57,526 bases of DNA from an uncultured Candidatus Bathyarchaeia archaeon (GCA_964347825.1 CAYFZQ010000002.1:1-57526), one strand, 5' to 3'; counted from the first letter of the stretch, positions 28,052 to 37,061 are shown. The notes: generated by a model from the sequence alone, not told the origin. Numbers and translations: made by a program.

Positions 28052-28607
28052 CACTTTCGTGCGAATTCCAAGAGAGCGCATCGGAGCGCTCATAGGTCCA
28101 GACGGCCGTGTGAAGGAGGAGATTGAGAAGAAACTCCTAGTCCAGCTTCAAGTGGAGAGCGAATCCGGCGGTGTCACTGTGGTGATGAAGCCGAAAGCTG
28201 AAGATCCAACCGTCCTCTTCAGAGCGAAAGAGATAGTCACCGCCATAGGAAGAGGGTTCTCACCCACACGTGCATTTAGACTAATTGCAGACGAGGATGT
28301 CGTGTTGGAGGTCATTGACCTACGAGAAGTGGTAGGCAAGTCGCCATCTGATATCAGACGGTTGAAAGGGAGAATCATTGGAAAAGAGGGAAAGACGAGG
28401 AGAATCATTGAAGAAATGACTGAAGCCAACGTCTCTGTCTTTGGGCACACCGTCTCCATTATTGGAGATATGGAGCAAGCAGAAACAGCGAAAGAAGCAA
28501 TTCGCATGTTGCTGAGAGGAAGCCTACACAAGACCGTATACGGATTCCTTCATAGAAAACGGAGAGAACTGAAAAAGAGGAAGCTGGAACTCTGGGAAAC
28601 CCCATAG
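28038..28607 (+). CDS. KH-domain RNA-binding protein (Dim2/Pno1-like)
   Basis: IPRERIGALIGPDGRVK and IIGKEGKTRRIIEE KH GxxG loops. Conserved partner of the rio gene, with a 14-nt overlap. Confidence 0.8.
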   Translation: MERPSTFVRIPRERIGALIGPDGRVKEEIEKKLLVQLQVESESGGVTVVMKPKAEDPTVLFRAKEIVTAIGRGFSPTRAFRLIADEDVVLEVIDLREVVGKSPSDIRRLKGRIIGKEGKTRRIIEEMTEANVSVFGHTVSIIGDMEQAETAKEAIRMLLRGSLHKTVYGFLHRKRRELKKRKLELWETP

Positions 28608-28668
28608 GGACAGTAACAGCGTGAACGCCAGCTACCGATTGTGTCAAAGCAGTCTCGAAAATTCACAG

Positions 28669-28682
28669 CAAAATTTAAATAA
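28669..28682 (+). promoter_or_regulatory. TATA-like box upstream of top6B
   Basis: aaatttaaataa lies in the 220-bp spacer. ATG codons at 28701 and 28713 sit 20-30 nt downstream. Confidence 0.35.
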
Positions 28683-28829
28683 CTCCATACTCAGCAGAGA
28701 ATGAAATGTGGAATGTTGACACATATTATACAATCCCCTTCTGAAGAAAATCTATGCAACCAATCAGAGAATACAGCAAAAGAAAAAGCAAGGAATTCTT
28801 ATATCACTGGTATCGTCGAGGGAGACTGA

Positions 28830-30347
28830 ATCCTGGTAACCTTTGAAGAGATTAGTCCGGCCGATTTCTTCTACCGAAACCGAGACATTGCTGGTTTCAC
28901 GAACCCATCCCGGGCAATCTTTTCATCCATAAGAGAACTCGTAGAGAACGCCCTTGACGCCTCGGATAGCATATCACATCCTCCTGATGTCTACATTCGA
29001 TTGTCGCTGGAAGAAGAAGGCAAGTCTGAAGCTGACATTTACAGGCTCAGAGTTATGGATAGTGGATCCGGTATTCCACCCCGCCACGTGCCATCAGCCT
29101 TTGGCCAAGTCTTGTTCGGCTCAAAGTATAAGCTCAAGCAAGCCCGTGGCACATTCGGCCTTGGAGGAACGATGGCGATTCTCTACGGTCAAATAACGAC
29201 GCACAAACCCGTCGAAGTCAGATCAAGCACGGGCAAGTCCAAGATCTACCACTACAAGTTGATGATAGACATACAAAGAAACCGACCCATCATCTTAGAT
29301 CGCAAGATCCACAGAAACAAAGAGCGATGGCGCGGAACCGTCGTTGAATTCTGTTTGGAAGGGGATTATCTTCGAGCGATGCCAAAGATCTTGGAATACA
29401 TGAAACAGACCGCTTTGGTTACGCCTTATGCAAAGATCGTCTTTTCTGACCCGAGAGGCCGTCTGTATCTCTTCACACGCGCGACTACCAAGATGCCACC
29501 GCCACCAGAAGAGACGCTACCGCATCCGTACGGTGTGGATGTAGAAACCATTCAGCGGTTGATCAGAGCTACGGAATGTCGCAACATGCTTGACTTGATG
29601 CAAACACATTTTCTCAGGATCGGCGAGAACATCTCCAATCGGTTCTTGGATTTCGCTGGAATAGGCAAGAGCAAGAACCCAAAGAGACTCAAGCCCCATG
29701 AAATCGTGAAATTGGTGCGCATGATGAAGAAGTTTGAAGGCTTTCTCCCTCCAGACGCAAGTTGCCTCTCTCCGTTGGGTGAAGAACTTCTGAAGACCGG
29801 AATCCTGAAGCAACTAAGACCTGAGTTCACAGCGGTTTCTCAACGCAAACCATCCACTTATTCGGGGCACCCTTTCATTGTTGAGGCGGCCATAGCGTAT
29901 GGTGGAGATGTACCGAGCAAGAATGATATATTGGTCTACCGATTTGCGAACAGAATCCCGCTCTTATATGATGAGGCCAGCGACGTATCTGTTCGGGTTA
30001 TTCGGTCGATTAACTGGCGTAGATATAAAGTCACGCAAGACATGCCTATCGCCATTCTAGTGCACTTATGCAGCACAAAGGTGCCTTACAAGACCGTGGG
30101 CAAGGAATTCATCGCCGATAGACCAGAAGTAAAAAACGAGATTCTAAACGGCATCCGCCAAGTAGCCCGCCAGCTAAGAAGGTTCCTAACCAAACGGGAA
30201 CACGTGGCAAGAGAGAAACGCCGCTTGACCGTCTTCTCCCAATATCTACCCAAGATCGCCAAGTTCTCCACAGAACTCGCTGGAAAGAAAGACGAACCAG
30301 ATATCGAAATGCTACTACGGAGCGTCAGGAAATATGAAGAAGACTGA
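28830..30347 (+). CDS. top6B: DNA topoisomerase VI subunit B; 5' end unresolved (no canonical start before the conserved N-box)
   Basis: The track begins at TTG 29001. The same frame is open from 28830 and encodes ILVTFEEISPADFFYRNRDIAGFTNPSRAIFSSIRELVENALDASD (GHKL N-box), then DSGSGIP and GTFGLGG. An in-frame TGA lies at 28827..28829. Confidence 0.85.
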   Translation: MLVTFEEISPADFFYRNRDIAGFTNPSRAIFSSIRELVENALDASDSISHPPDVYIRLSLEEEGKSEADIYRLRVMDSGSGIPPRHVPSAFGQVLFGSKYKLKQARGTFGLGGTMAILYGQITTHKPVEVRSSTGKSKIYHYKLMIDIQRNRPIILDRKIHRNKERWRGTVVEFCLEGDYLRAMPKILEYMKQTALVTPYAKIVFSDPRGRLYLFTRATTKMPPPPEETLPHPYGVDVETIQRLIRATECRNMLDLMQTHFLRIGENISNRFLDFAGIGKSKNPKRLKPHEIVKLVRMMKKFEGFLPPDASCLSPLGEELLKTGILKQLRPEFTAVSQRKPSTYSGHPFIVEAAIAYGGDVPSKNDILVYRFANRIPLLYDEASDVSVRVIRSINWRRYKVTQDMPIAILVHLCSTKVPYKTVGKEFIADRPEVKNEILNGIRQVARQLRRFLTKREHVAREKRRLTVFSQYLPKIAKFSTELAGKKDEPDIEMLLRSVRKYEED

Positions 30348-31419
30348 AAGCCGGATACAGGAAAGAAGAAAAGAGGTCTTGAAAGACCTAAAGAAACTTG
30401 GAGCCCGCCTCTACAAGCAGATGGAAAACGGAAAATTCCCCTCAGTAAAGATGCCTAGCCGATCCACCGACAACATCTACTACAATCCCGAATTGAGACA
30501 GTACGTTCTGGGGGATCGAACAACCCGCAGGAGCGCAAGAAACATCCGTCACATCAGACCTTTCACCAAACTGGTCTGGACCGGATTTTTCGCCAGAGAA
30601 CTCGCAAAGCACCGCAAGACCTCCACGCTCAGAGACGTCTACTACTCAGCCCAAGCCTACGAAGTGCCCTTCAAAGACCAGCCGGAATCAAACAGCATCA
30701 TAACCGACCTCGAGACGGTCGTCGGATTCGCCAGAGAAGACTTCAACGTCTTCCCTGAAGAACGATCCGCTGTCTTCGGTGACCTAACAATTGAGTACAC
30801 CGTTCCAGGCTACGAAGGTAGACAACTGAATCTAACTTCCCATCCCGATGGAGTCATGATAGGTCCCGCGTTAACGTCCGCCGAACTTGTGAAAACCGGC
30901 GCAAAGATGGTCATCGCAATAGAGAAAGGTGGACTGTTCACCCGATTCGTGGAAGAAAAAGTTCACAAAAAGTTCAACGCGCTACTCATCCTAACTGCTG
31001 GTCAGGCTCCACGAGCCACCAGACACTTCATCCAGAGGCTGAACACAGAGTTGAACCTCCCAGTGCACATCTTCACAGATGGCGACCCCTGGGGGATGCA
31101 CATAGCAATGGTAATCATCTCAGGCTCTGCAAACGCAGCTCATCTAAGAGAGCTGACAACCCCCGATGCAACGTGGAGTGGTGTCTGGGCCACTGACATT
31201 GTCGACTACAAACTGCCAAGCGAGTCTTTGACCGATGTCGACATCAAACGACTCCATGAATTAGAGCGGGACCCCCGATACGACGGAACCTTATGGCGGA
31301 GAGAGATTGCGAAGTTCCTGAAAATCAAGAAGAAGGCAGAACAAGAGGCATTCAGCAGATATGGTCTGACCTACATCGTTGACGAGTATTTACCGGCAAA
31401 ATTAAAGGAAGTTGCTTGA
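30334..31419 (+). CDS. top6A: DNA topoisomerase VI subunit A (Spo11 family)
   Basis: Catalytic Tyr region STLRDVYY and Toprim IFTDGDPWGMHI. 14-nt overlap with top6B. Confidence 0.92.
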   Translation: MKKTESRIQERRKEVLKDLKKLGARLYKQMENGKFPSVKMPSRSTDNIYYNPELRQYVLGDRTTRRSARNIRHIRPFTKLVWTGFFARELAKHRKTSTLRDVYYSAQAYEVPFKDQPESNSIITDLETVVGFAREDFNVFPEERSAVFGDLTIEYTVPGYEGRQLNLTSHPDGVMIGPALTSAELVKTGAKMVIAIEKGGLFTRFVEEKVHKKFNALLILTAGQAPRATRHFIQRLNTELNLPVHIFTDGDPWGMHIAMVIISGSANAAHLRELTTPDATWSGVWATDIVDYKLPSESLTDVDIKRLHELERDPRYDGTLWRREIAKFLKIKKKAEQEAFSRYGLTYIVDEYLPAKLKEVA

Positions 31420-31511
31420 TCCGAGATAGGTGCGAACTCCCAATTACAGCGTTTCTTCGACAAGTTTTAAAGGAATGTAGGGGAACTAGAATAGACCTTG
31501 GAGGGCACGAT

Positions 31512-31712
31512 GTGAGCGAGGCTCCAATTGGATTAACAATCGCTGAGAAGTTTTTCGGGTTACTGATCATCTTACTCGGGGCAATAATTTCGTATGTTAC
31601 GTATAGTAATCCTCCTGAAGGCGTAGTTTCACAGTTTTCTGGTTTCTTCACCCTCACTGGCTTCGTGTTAATAGCCGTCGGGATCTTCCTAGTGCTATCG
31701 AAGTCTGAGTAG
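31512..31712 (+). CDS. small two-TM membrane protein, unknown function
   Basis: GTG 31512 is preceded by SD ggaggg at 6 nt. Two hydrophobic spans: FFGLLIILLGAIISYV and FFTLTGFVLIAVGIFLV. The track start at 31416 is less likely. Confidence 0.4.
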   Translation: MSEAPIGLTIAEKFFGLLIILLGAIISYVTYSNPPEGVVSQFSGFFTLTGFVLIAVGIFLVLSKSE

Positions 31713-31714
31713 AT

Positions 31715-31820
31715 TGGCGCCGCCGGGCGGACTTGAACCGTCGACCAACTGGTTAACAGCCTCAACCTTGATAGAATGGCTACTCAAGTCAGTTGCTCTC
31801 CCTAACTGAGCTACGGCGGC
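31715..31820 (-). tRNA. tRNA-Asn (GTT) with a 29-nt intron at non-canonical position 30/31; CCA encoded
   Basis: The reverse complement is GCCGCCG-TA-GCTC-AGTTAGGGA-GAGC-A-ACTG[ACTTGAGTAGCCATTCTATCAAGGTTGAG]G-CTGTTAA-CCAGT-TGGTC-GACGG-TTCAAGT-CCGCC-CGGCGGC-G-CCA. Removing 31761..31789 gives a perfect 5-bp anticodon stem and a CU-GUU-AA loop. The discriminator is G73. Confidence 0.85.
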
Positions 31821-31973
31821 TTCACAGCTCCGACAACGTGAATCTGAGACTTTGTGGCAATATTTAAAGTTTAATCGAGCGAAGTCTCTCAGACCAAACG
31901 GCCTGCCAACGTACATCCAAAGAAAGCTTAAACAAGAGGAGGAAAGACTACTCTAGTTCTCTGTGGTGGACCT

Positions 31974-33380
31974 GTGACCAAATCATTCATTCACCCTTAC
32001 ATTCCCAATTCAGTGCCCAAGATCAAAAAGGAGTTGATGAAAGAAATCGGCATTAATAGCATCGATGAACTTTTCACAGATATCCCTGCCAAGTTCAGAC
32101 TGAAGAAGAGACTTGGCCTCCCATATCCAACTCCGGAACTCAAAGTGCGAAGGTCAATCGAAGGGATCCTATCAAGAAACAGAGCAAACACGGACATGCC
32201 AGTGTTCTTGGGAGCCGGTTGCTGGCCACACTATATACCTGCTGCCGTCGAGACCATCCTCGGAAGAACAGAATTCCTCACCTCATACACACCTTACCAA
32301 CCTGAAGCGTCGCAAGGAACGCTGCAAGCCCTCTTCGAGTATCAGAGTATGATCTGCGAAGTCACCGCTATGGAAGTCGCAAACTGCTCGATGTATGACT
32401 GGGCATCTGCCCTTGGTGAAGCCGTTCGCATGGCGGCTCGAGTCACCCATCGAAGTGAAGCGATTATACCGAAGACGACCCATCCCGAGAGAACTGCAAC
32501 CTTACAGACCTACATAAAGCCTATAGGAGTAGGTCTCAGACCCGTTGACTACAACAGGGAGACCGGACAGCTTAGCATAGAAGACTTAAAGGAAAAGATA
32601 TCTGCGAAAACGGCCGCCGTGTACATAGAGAATCCGACCTATCTTGGTTTTCTCGAAACACAAGTCAAGGAGATTGCCGACGAAGCTCAAGACCATGAGG
32701 CCCTTTTCATCGTCGGAGTGGATCCAACATCACTTGGAGTGCTGCAGCCGCCTGGAGAATATGGGGCTGATATAGTAGTTGGTGAGGGTCAACCACTGGG
32801 GAACCCCCTGAATTTCGGCGGTCCACTACTGGGAATCTTTGCCTGTCGGGACGATATGCGGTTGATACGACAGATGCCTGGACGCATAGTAGGCTTAACA
32901 CAGACGCTTGATGCAGAGAAGAAAGGGTTCTGTATGACGCTTCAGACAAGAGAACAACATATCCGGCGAGAAAAAGCCACGTCTAACATCTGCACGGATG
33001 AAGCTCTATCCGCAGTCGCCGCAGCAACATATCTAGCTTTGCTGGGTCCACAAGGTTTGAAGGAGTTGGGAGAGGTCATCATAAGCAAGGCCCACTATGC
33101 GATGCGGCTTTTGACAAGAATAGAGGGCGTCAAAACTCCCGTGTTCGAATCCCCCCACTTCAAGGAGTTTACGGTGAATTTTGATAGGACGGGAAAAACC
33201 GTCAGTGATATTCACAAACAGCTTTTGCAGCATCAGATTCATGGAGGCAAGGACCTCTCCAGAGAGTTCCCCGAGTTGGGTGAAACCGCGTTATACTGCG
33301 TCACAGAAATGCATTCGAAAGAAGACATTGACCAGCTCGTTGACACATTAGAAGAAATCTTGACAGAAGGAGAGAGCTAA
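31974..33380 (+). CDS. gcvPA: glycine dehydrogenase (decarboxylating) subunit 1
   Basis: 468 aa with a YIPNS...FLGAG..H..P..V N-terminal pattern, directly followed by subunit 2. GTG start. Confidence 0.88.
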   Translation: MTKSFIHPYIPNSVPKIKKELMKEIGINSIDELFTDIPAKFRLKKRLGLPYPTPELKVRRSIEGILSRNRANTDMPVFLGAGCWPHYIPAAVETILGRTEFLTSYTPYQPEASQGTLQALFEYQSMICEVTAMEVANCSMYDWASALGEAVRMAARVTHRSEAIIPKTTHPERTATLQTYIKPIGVGLRPVDYNRETGQLSIEDLKEKISAKTAAVYIENPTYLGFLETQVKEIADEAQDHEALFIVGVDPTSLGVLQPPGEYGADIVVGEGQPLGNPLNFGGPLLGIFACRDDMRLIRQMPGRIVGLTQTLDAEKKGFCMTLQTREQHIRREKATSNICTDEALSAVAAATYLALLGPQGLKELGEVIISKAHYAMRLLTRIEGVKTPVFESPHFKEFTVNFDRTGKTVSDIHKQLLQHQIHGGKDLSREFPELGETALYCVTEMHSKEDIDQLVDTLEEILTEGES

Positions 33381-33381
33381 A

Positions 33382-34908
33382 ATGTTCAGACAAGCACGCT
33401 GGGATGAACCAATCATCTTCGAAATGGGAAAACCTGGGCGACGAGGTCATATCGTGCCCCAAGTTGAAGAAGAAATCAAAGAAGCCGTAGGCAGCGCAGA
33501 GACAATTCTGCCGCCGAAGCTTCAGAGGAAAAATGGTCTACGGCTCCCCGAGCTTTCCGAGGTAGAGGTCGTAAGGCATTTCACACGTCTATCCCAGATG
33601 AATTACTGTGTTGATCTGGGACTCTATCCTCTTGGAAGCTGTACTATGAAGTACAACCCGAAAATCGACGAATTGCTGGCTGCTTCCGCTTCGATGACAG
33701 GTATTCATCCATACCAAGATGAGCGGACTGTCCAAGGAATCCTTGAGATTTTGCACAAGCTTTCTCAATGGCTAGCTGAAATCACGGGGACACATGAAGT
33801 GTGCTTGCAGCCTGCTGCAGGGGCACAAGGGGAATTCTTGGGCGCTTTGATGATGCGCGCCTATCATGAGGAAAACGACCAACTGAATGAAAGAACCGAA
33901 CTTATAGTGCCTGATTCAGCGCATGGAACAAACCCTGCCAGTGGAAGTATGGCCGGCTTCCAGATTGTGGTTGCACCATCTAATGAGAACGGTTGCATTG
34001 ACCTAGAAGCCTTGAAGACTACGGTTTCAAACCGCACCGCCGGATTGATGCTGACAAACCCCAATACGCTGGGAATCTTCGAGACAGAAATCGAAAAAAC
34101 CGCAGAGTTAGTTCACGACGCAGGAGGTCTACTCTACTATGACGGGGCTAACCTGAACGCCATCCTTGGAAAGACGCGACCTGGAGACATGGGCTTCGAC
34201 ATCGTACATATCAACATACACAAGACCTTTGGAACCCCCCACGGAGGAGGCGGTCCTGGAGCTGGTCCCATCGGGGTCTCAGAAAAGTTGGAGAAATTCT
34301 TACCGATTCCCAGAATCGCCTCTAGCCATGAAGGTTACTATTTAGATTATGATAAGCCTCACAGTGTGGGCAAGATAAGATGCTTCTACGGGAATGCGGC
34401 CGTTCTCTTGAAGGCGTTTGCCTATATAATGAGTTTGGGCGCGGAAGGAGTAGAAGAGATCGCTGAGATAGCGGTCTTAAATGCCAATTATATCTTGAAG
34501 AAGTTGAGGAAGATCGCCGGTCTTGAGCTTCCGTATGGAGAGGGCCGTCAAAGAAAGCATGAGTGCGTTTTCAGCGCAGAGAAGATGCGCAAGGAATGTG
34601 GGGTGCGCGCCCTCAATGTATCGAAGAGAATCTTGGACTATGGCATACACGCGCCGACTACTTACTTTCCTCTCATAGTTGATGAGGCGTTGATGATTGA
34701 GCCTACCGAATCTTATGAGAAGGAGGAGCTGGACAGATTCATTGAGACCATGAAGAGAATATCCCATGAAGCATATAATTGCCCCAAAACTGTCTTGGAA
34801 GCTCCGCAGAATGCGGCTATTACGCGACTAGATGAGACCAAAGCATCCCACCCTAAAACGATGCGGTTGAGCTGGAAGATGCATTTGAGAAGAACTGGGT
34901 CTTCTTGA
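33382..34908 (+). CDS. gcvPB: glycine dehydrogenase (decarboxylating) subunit 2
   Basis: 508 aa. PLP-lysine region NIHKTFGTPHGGGGPG. 1-nt gap after gcvPA. Confidence 0.9.
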   Translation: MFRQARWDEPIIFEMGKPGRRGHIVPQVEEEIKEAVGSAETILPPKLQRKNGLRLPELSEVEVVRHFTRLSQMNYCVDLGLYPLGSCTMKYNPKIDELLAASASMTGIHPYQDERTVQGILEILHKLSQWLAEITGTHEVCLQPAAGAQGEFLGALMMRAYHEENDQLNERTELIVPDSAHGTNPASGSMAGFQIVVAPSNENGCIDLEALKTTVSNRTAGLMLTNPNTLGIFETEIEKTAELVHDAGGLLYYDGANLNAILGKTRPGDMGFDIVHINIHKTFGTPHGGGGPGAGPIGVSEKLEKFLPIPRIASSHEGYYLDYDKPHSVGKIRCFYGNAAVLLKAFAYIMSLGAEGVEEIAEIAVLNANYILKKLRKIAGLELPYGEGRQRKHECVFSAEKMRKECGVRALNVSKRILDYGIHAPTTYFPLIVDEALMIEPTESYEKEELDRFIETMKRISHEAYNCPKTVLEAPQNAAITRLDETKASHPKTMRLSWKMHLRRTGSS

Positions 34909-34972
34909 AGTCTACAACTTATTAGCATGAGTTGTTTCTATCTTCTGAGGATCTCAGCGAGGATAGCAGCAG

Positions 34973-35257
34973 ATGAAAGTTGCCGTGAGATTTTTCACAG
35001 TCCTTCGCGAGATAACTGGAAAACGAGAAGTGGAGATAGAAACCCCCAACGCTATCAACATTCAAGATGTATTGAATCACCTTTCGAAGCTGTACGGCTC
35101 AAGATTCGTGGACTACGTCTTCGATGAAAAAGGTAGCCCCCGTGGTTATCTCCAGTTTTTGGTAAACGGTCGGAGTGCAACAACGCTACAAGGGTTTGAG
35201 ACGACGCTGAAAGATGGTGATAGAGTGGCAATCATTCCCCCAGTGGGGGGTGGCTAG
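34973..35257 (+). CDS. MoaD/ThiS-family ubiquitin-like small protein (SAMP-like), C-terminal GG
   Basis: 94 aa, MKVAVRFFTVLREITGKREVEIE...GDRVAIIPPVGGG. Beta-grasp pattern ending in Gly-Gly. Confidence 0.75.
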   Translation: MKVAVRFFTVLREITGKREVEIETPNAINIQDVLNHLSKLYGSRFVDYVFDEKGSPRGYLQFLVNGRSATTLQGFETTLKDGDRVAIIPPVGGG

Positions 35258-35332
35258 AAACCTTCACATGAAAGGCTCTAGCATAGTATTCCAGCCTGAT
35301 GAGACGCCAACGGCGCACTGCTGCAATAGGAT

Positions 35333-36664
35333 TTAGCAAATCCCTTGAGTTGTCTCAGCTTCCAGATAAGTTGAAAATATGTTTCTAACTCGGACATTCA
35401 AGAATCTTCCTAGCAGAGCTTGATTGCTTTTCACGACGACCGGTTTGTAGGCGTAGTTCCTGCCGATCCAGGACCCATCTCTGCCCTCTTCATCTACGAG
35501 TATTGTTCCTGTCCAATGCAGCCAACCCTTGTTTCTCTGGAAGGCAATTCCTCTCGACAGCTCTGCTAGCGCCTTACTCCTTCCTTTTACTTCTCTAGAA
35601 GCAAGTTGCTTCATCTCCATGGCGGGCGTTCGGGGTCTTGGAAAAAACTTCGAAATATTGACAATGTCAGGTTCCACCTCGTTGATGAGGTCTGTAGTCC
35701 GCGCAAAGGCTTCGTCGCTTTCGCCTGGAAAGCCACAAATGACATCAGTAGCGATGGTTATCTCTGGGATCTTCTTTCTAAACGATTGAACGATCCTTTT
35801 AAAGGCCTCTACCGAGTAAAGCCGATTCATAAGCCGCAGGACTTCGTTGTCACCGCTTTGAACCGGCAAATGCAAAAACTTGAAAATCTTATCGTGTTTG
35901 TACGCGTCGACAAGATCGTCGAGTATCTCCATAGCAATGTTGGGCGTCATCATCCCTACGCGAACCAGAAAGTCGCCTTCAACTTCACAAACCGTCCTCA
36001 ATAGATGCGCCAGATGTGTTGAGACATCTCGTCCATAGCACGCAGTATCTTGCGAAGTGAGCCATATTTCTTTGACCCCCGAGGTCAGGGCTTGCCTAAC
36101 TCTCTGCTCGATCTCGCTAGGCTTGTAGCTTCTCAATCGTCCCCGGGCCAAAAGAACGCAACAATAAGAACAGGATCCTAAGCAACCGTAGTTAATCGGG
36201 ATGATTCCAATGACTTCGTTTGCGGGAACTCGAGGAAGATTCAGATCGGGTGTGGAATCGTTTTCCAACGCGACTACTCTATCCCCTCGAAGTATCCTAT
36301 CTACTGCTTCCACAACTTTTAAACCTGGGGCTGGTCCTAGCACACCATCAAAATCTATTTCATTCTTCAATCGCTCAAAATTGATGAGAGGCAAACAGCC
36401 GGTTACGATCAAACGCTTGCCCTGCGGTACATTCCGAAGGATGTGAAACATACGATCTTCAGTAGGGGTCTTCACGGCACAAGTATTGTAGATCAGCACG
36501 TCTGCATCTTGCGACTTGCTGACTATGTCATAGTCGCCCGTTGACAGGCACCCGGACATAACCTCGCCGTCCGCTATGTTGGTTGGACAACCATAGCTCT
36601 TGACGAAAACACGCTTAGACGGCTCTTCCAGCGAATCCCTGCTCACTTGTACCGACAACCACAA
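35333..36664 (-). CDS. MiaB-family radical-SAM tRNA methylthiotransferase (archaeal MtaB/CDKAL1-like)
   Basis: UPF0004 N-domain VFVKSYGCPTN...NTCAV, radical-SAM CLGSCSYC and a C-terminal TRAM-like end. Confidence 0.85.
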   Translation of the reverse strand: MWLSVQVSRDSLEEPSKRVFVKSYGCPTNIADGEVMSGCLSTGDYDIVSKSQDADVLIYNTCAVKTPTEDRMFHILRNVPQGKRLIVTGCLPLINFERLKNEIDFDGVLGPAPGLKVVEAVDRILRGDRVVALENDSTPDLNLPRVPANEVIGIIPINYGCLGSCSYCCVLLARGRLRSYKPSEIEQRVRQALTSGVKEIWLTSQDTACYGRDVSTHLAHLLRTVCEVEGDFLVRVGMMTPNIAMEILDDLVDAYKHDKIFKFLHLPVQSGDNEVLRLMNRLYSVEAFKRIVQSFRKKIPEITIATDVICGFPGESDEAFARTTDLINEVEPDIVNISKFFPRPRTPAMEMKQLASREVKGRSKALAELSRGIAFQRNKGWLHWTGTILVDEEGRDGSWIGRNYAYKPVVVKSNQALLGRFLNVRVRNIFSTYLEAETTQGIC

Positions 36665-36820
36665 CAGAACAGTAAACTAGCGACCTTCGAAAGTGTCAGG
36701 GTTTTAATCCCGCAAGGAAAACATAAAGATTGCGAATTCGGATTGTTTTACATATAGCAGCAAGGCATTAATGGAAAGTTTTATAAAGAATTGGGTATTC
36801 GTATTTGAATCATATTTATT

Positions 36821-36835
36821 TGCTAATATATAGCA
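36821..36835. promoter_or_regulatory. inverted repeat TGCTA-ATATA-TAGCA between a TATA-like box and the RHH gene
   Basis: Read directly. The TATA-like box ttttataaag (36778..36787) lies about 35 nt upstream and the RHH ATG lies 56 nt downstream. Confidence 0.3.
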
Positions 36836-36890
36836 ATATAACCATTAACGACGTTTATTGGTTCCACATTCAAGTCACTTTGAGGGAGGG

Positions 36891-37061
36891 ATGCAAATGA
36901 AACTGATCACACTGTATCTTCCCGAACCATATCTCCGCGCGTTGGACTGGCTGGTGGGTGAGAAATACTATCCGAACAGAGCTGAAGCCATACGAGTAGC
37001 TGTCAGGGATCTTCTAAGCGAAGAGGTCTGGGGAAGGAAAGTCAATGAACAAGCCAGCTGA
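36891..37061 (+). CDS. ribbon-helix-helix (CopG/MetJ-type) DNA-binding protein
   Basis: ATG 36891 after SD gagggaggg. MQMKLITLYLPEPYLRALDWLVGEKYYPNRAEAIRVAVRDLL fits a beta-strand-helix-helix pattern. The 3' end overlaps the next gene by 17 nt. Confidence 0.7.
   Translation: MQMKLITLYLPEPYLRALDWLVGEKYYPNRAEAIRVAVRDLLSEEVWGRKVNEQAS

Noticed and set aside
28827-28829. TGA recoded genome-wide (alternative genetic code or selenocysteine)
   Set aside because: TGA terminates hdrC (1164..1166), mvhG (3057..3059), nfnA and other genes at positions fixed by overlapping downstream starts. The usual selenoprotein candidates in the window (hdrA, mvhA, MvhD-like domains) use Cys codons with no in-frame TGA.
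31715-31820. Reading this tRNA as tRNA-Ser(UGA) with a canonical 37/38 intron
   Set aside because: It has a short 5-nt variable arm. That reading leaves an A-C mismatch closing the anticodon stem and no BHB can be drawn. The 30/31 solution gives a perfect stem, loop and BHB.
35290-35332. C-box-like CUGAUGA (35297..35303) suggesting a C/D box sRNA
   Set aside because: No D box (CUGA) or C'/D' elements occur at a suitable distance on that strand.
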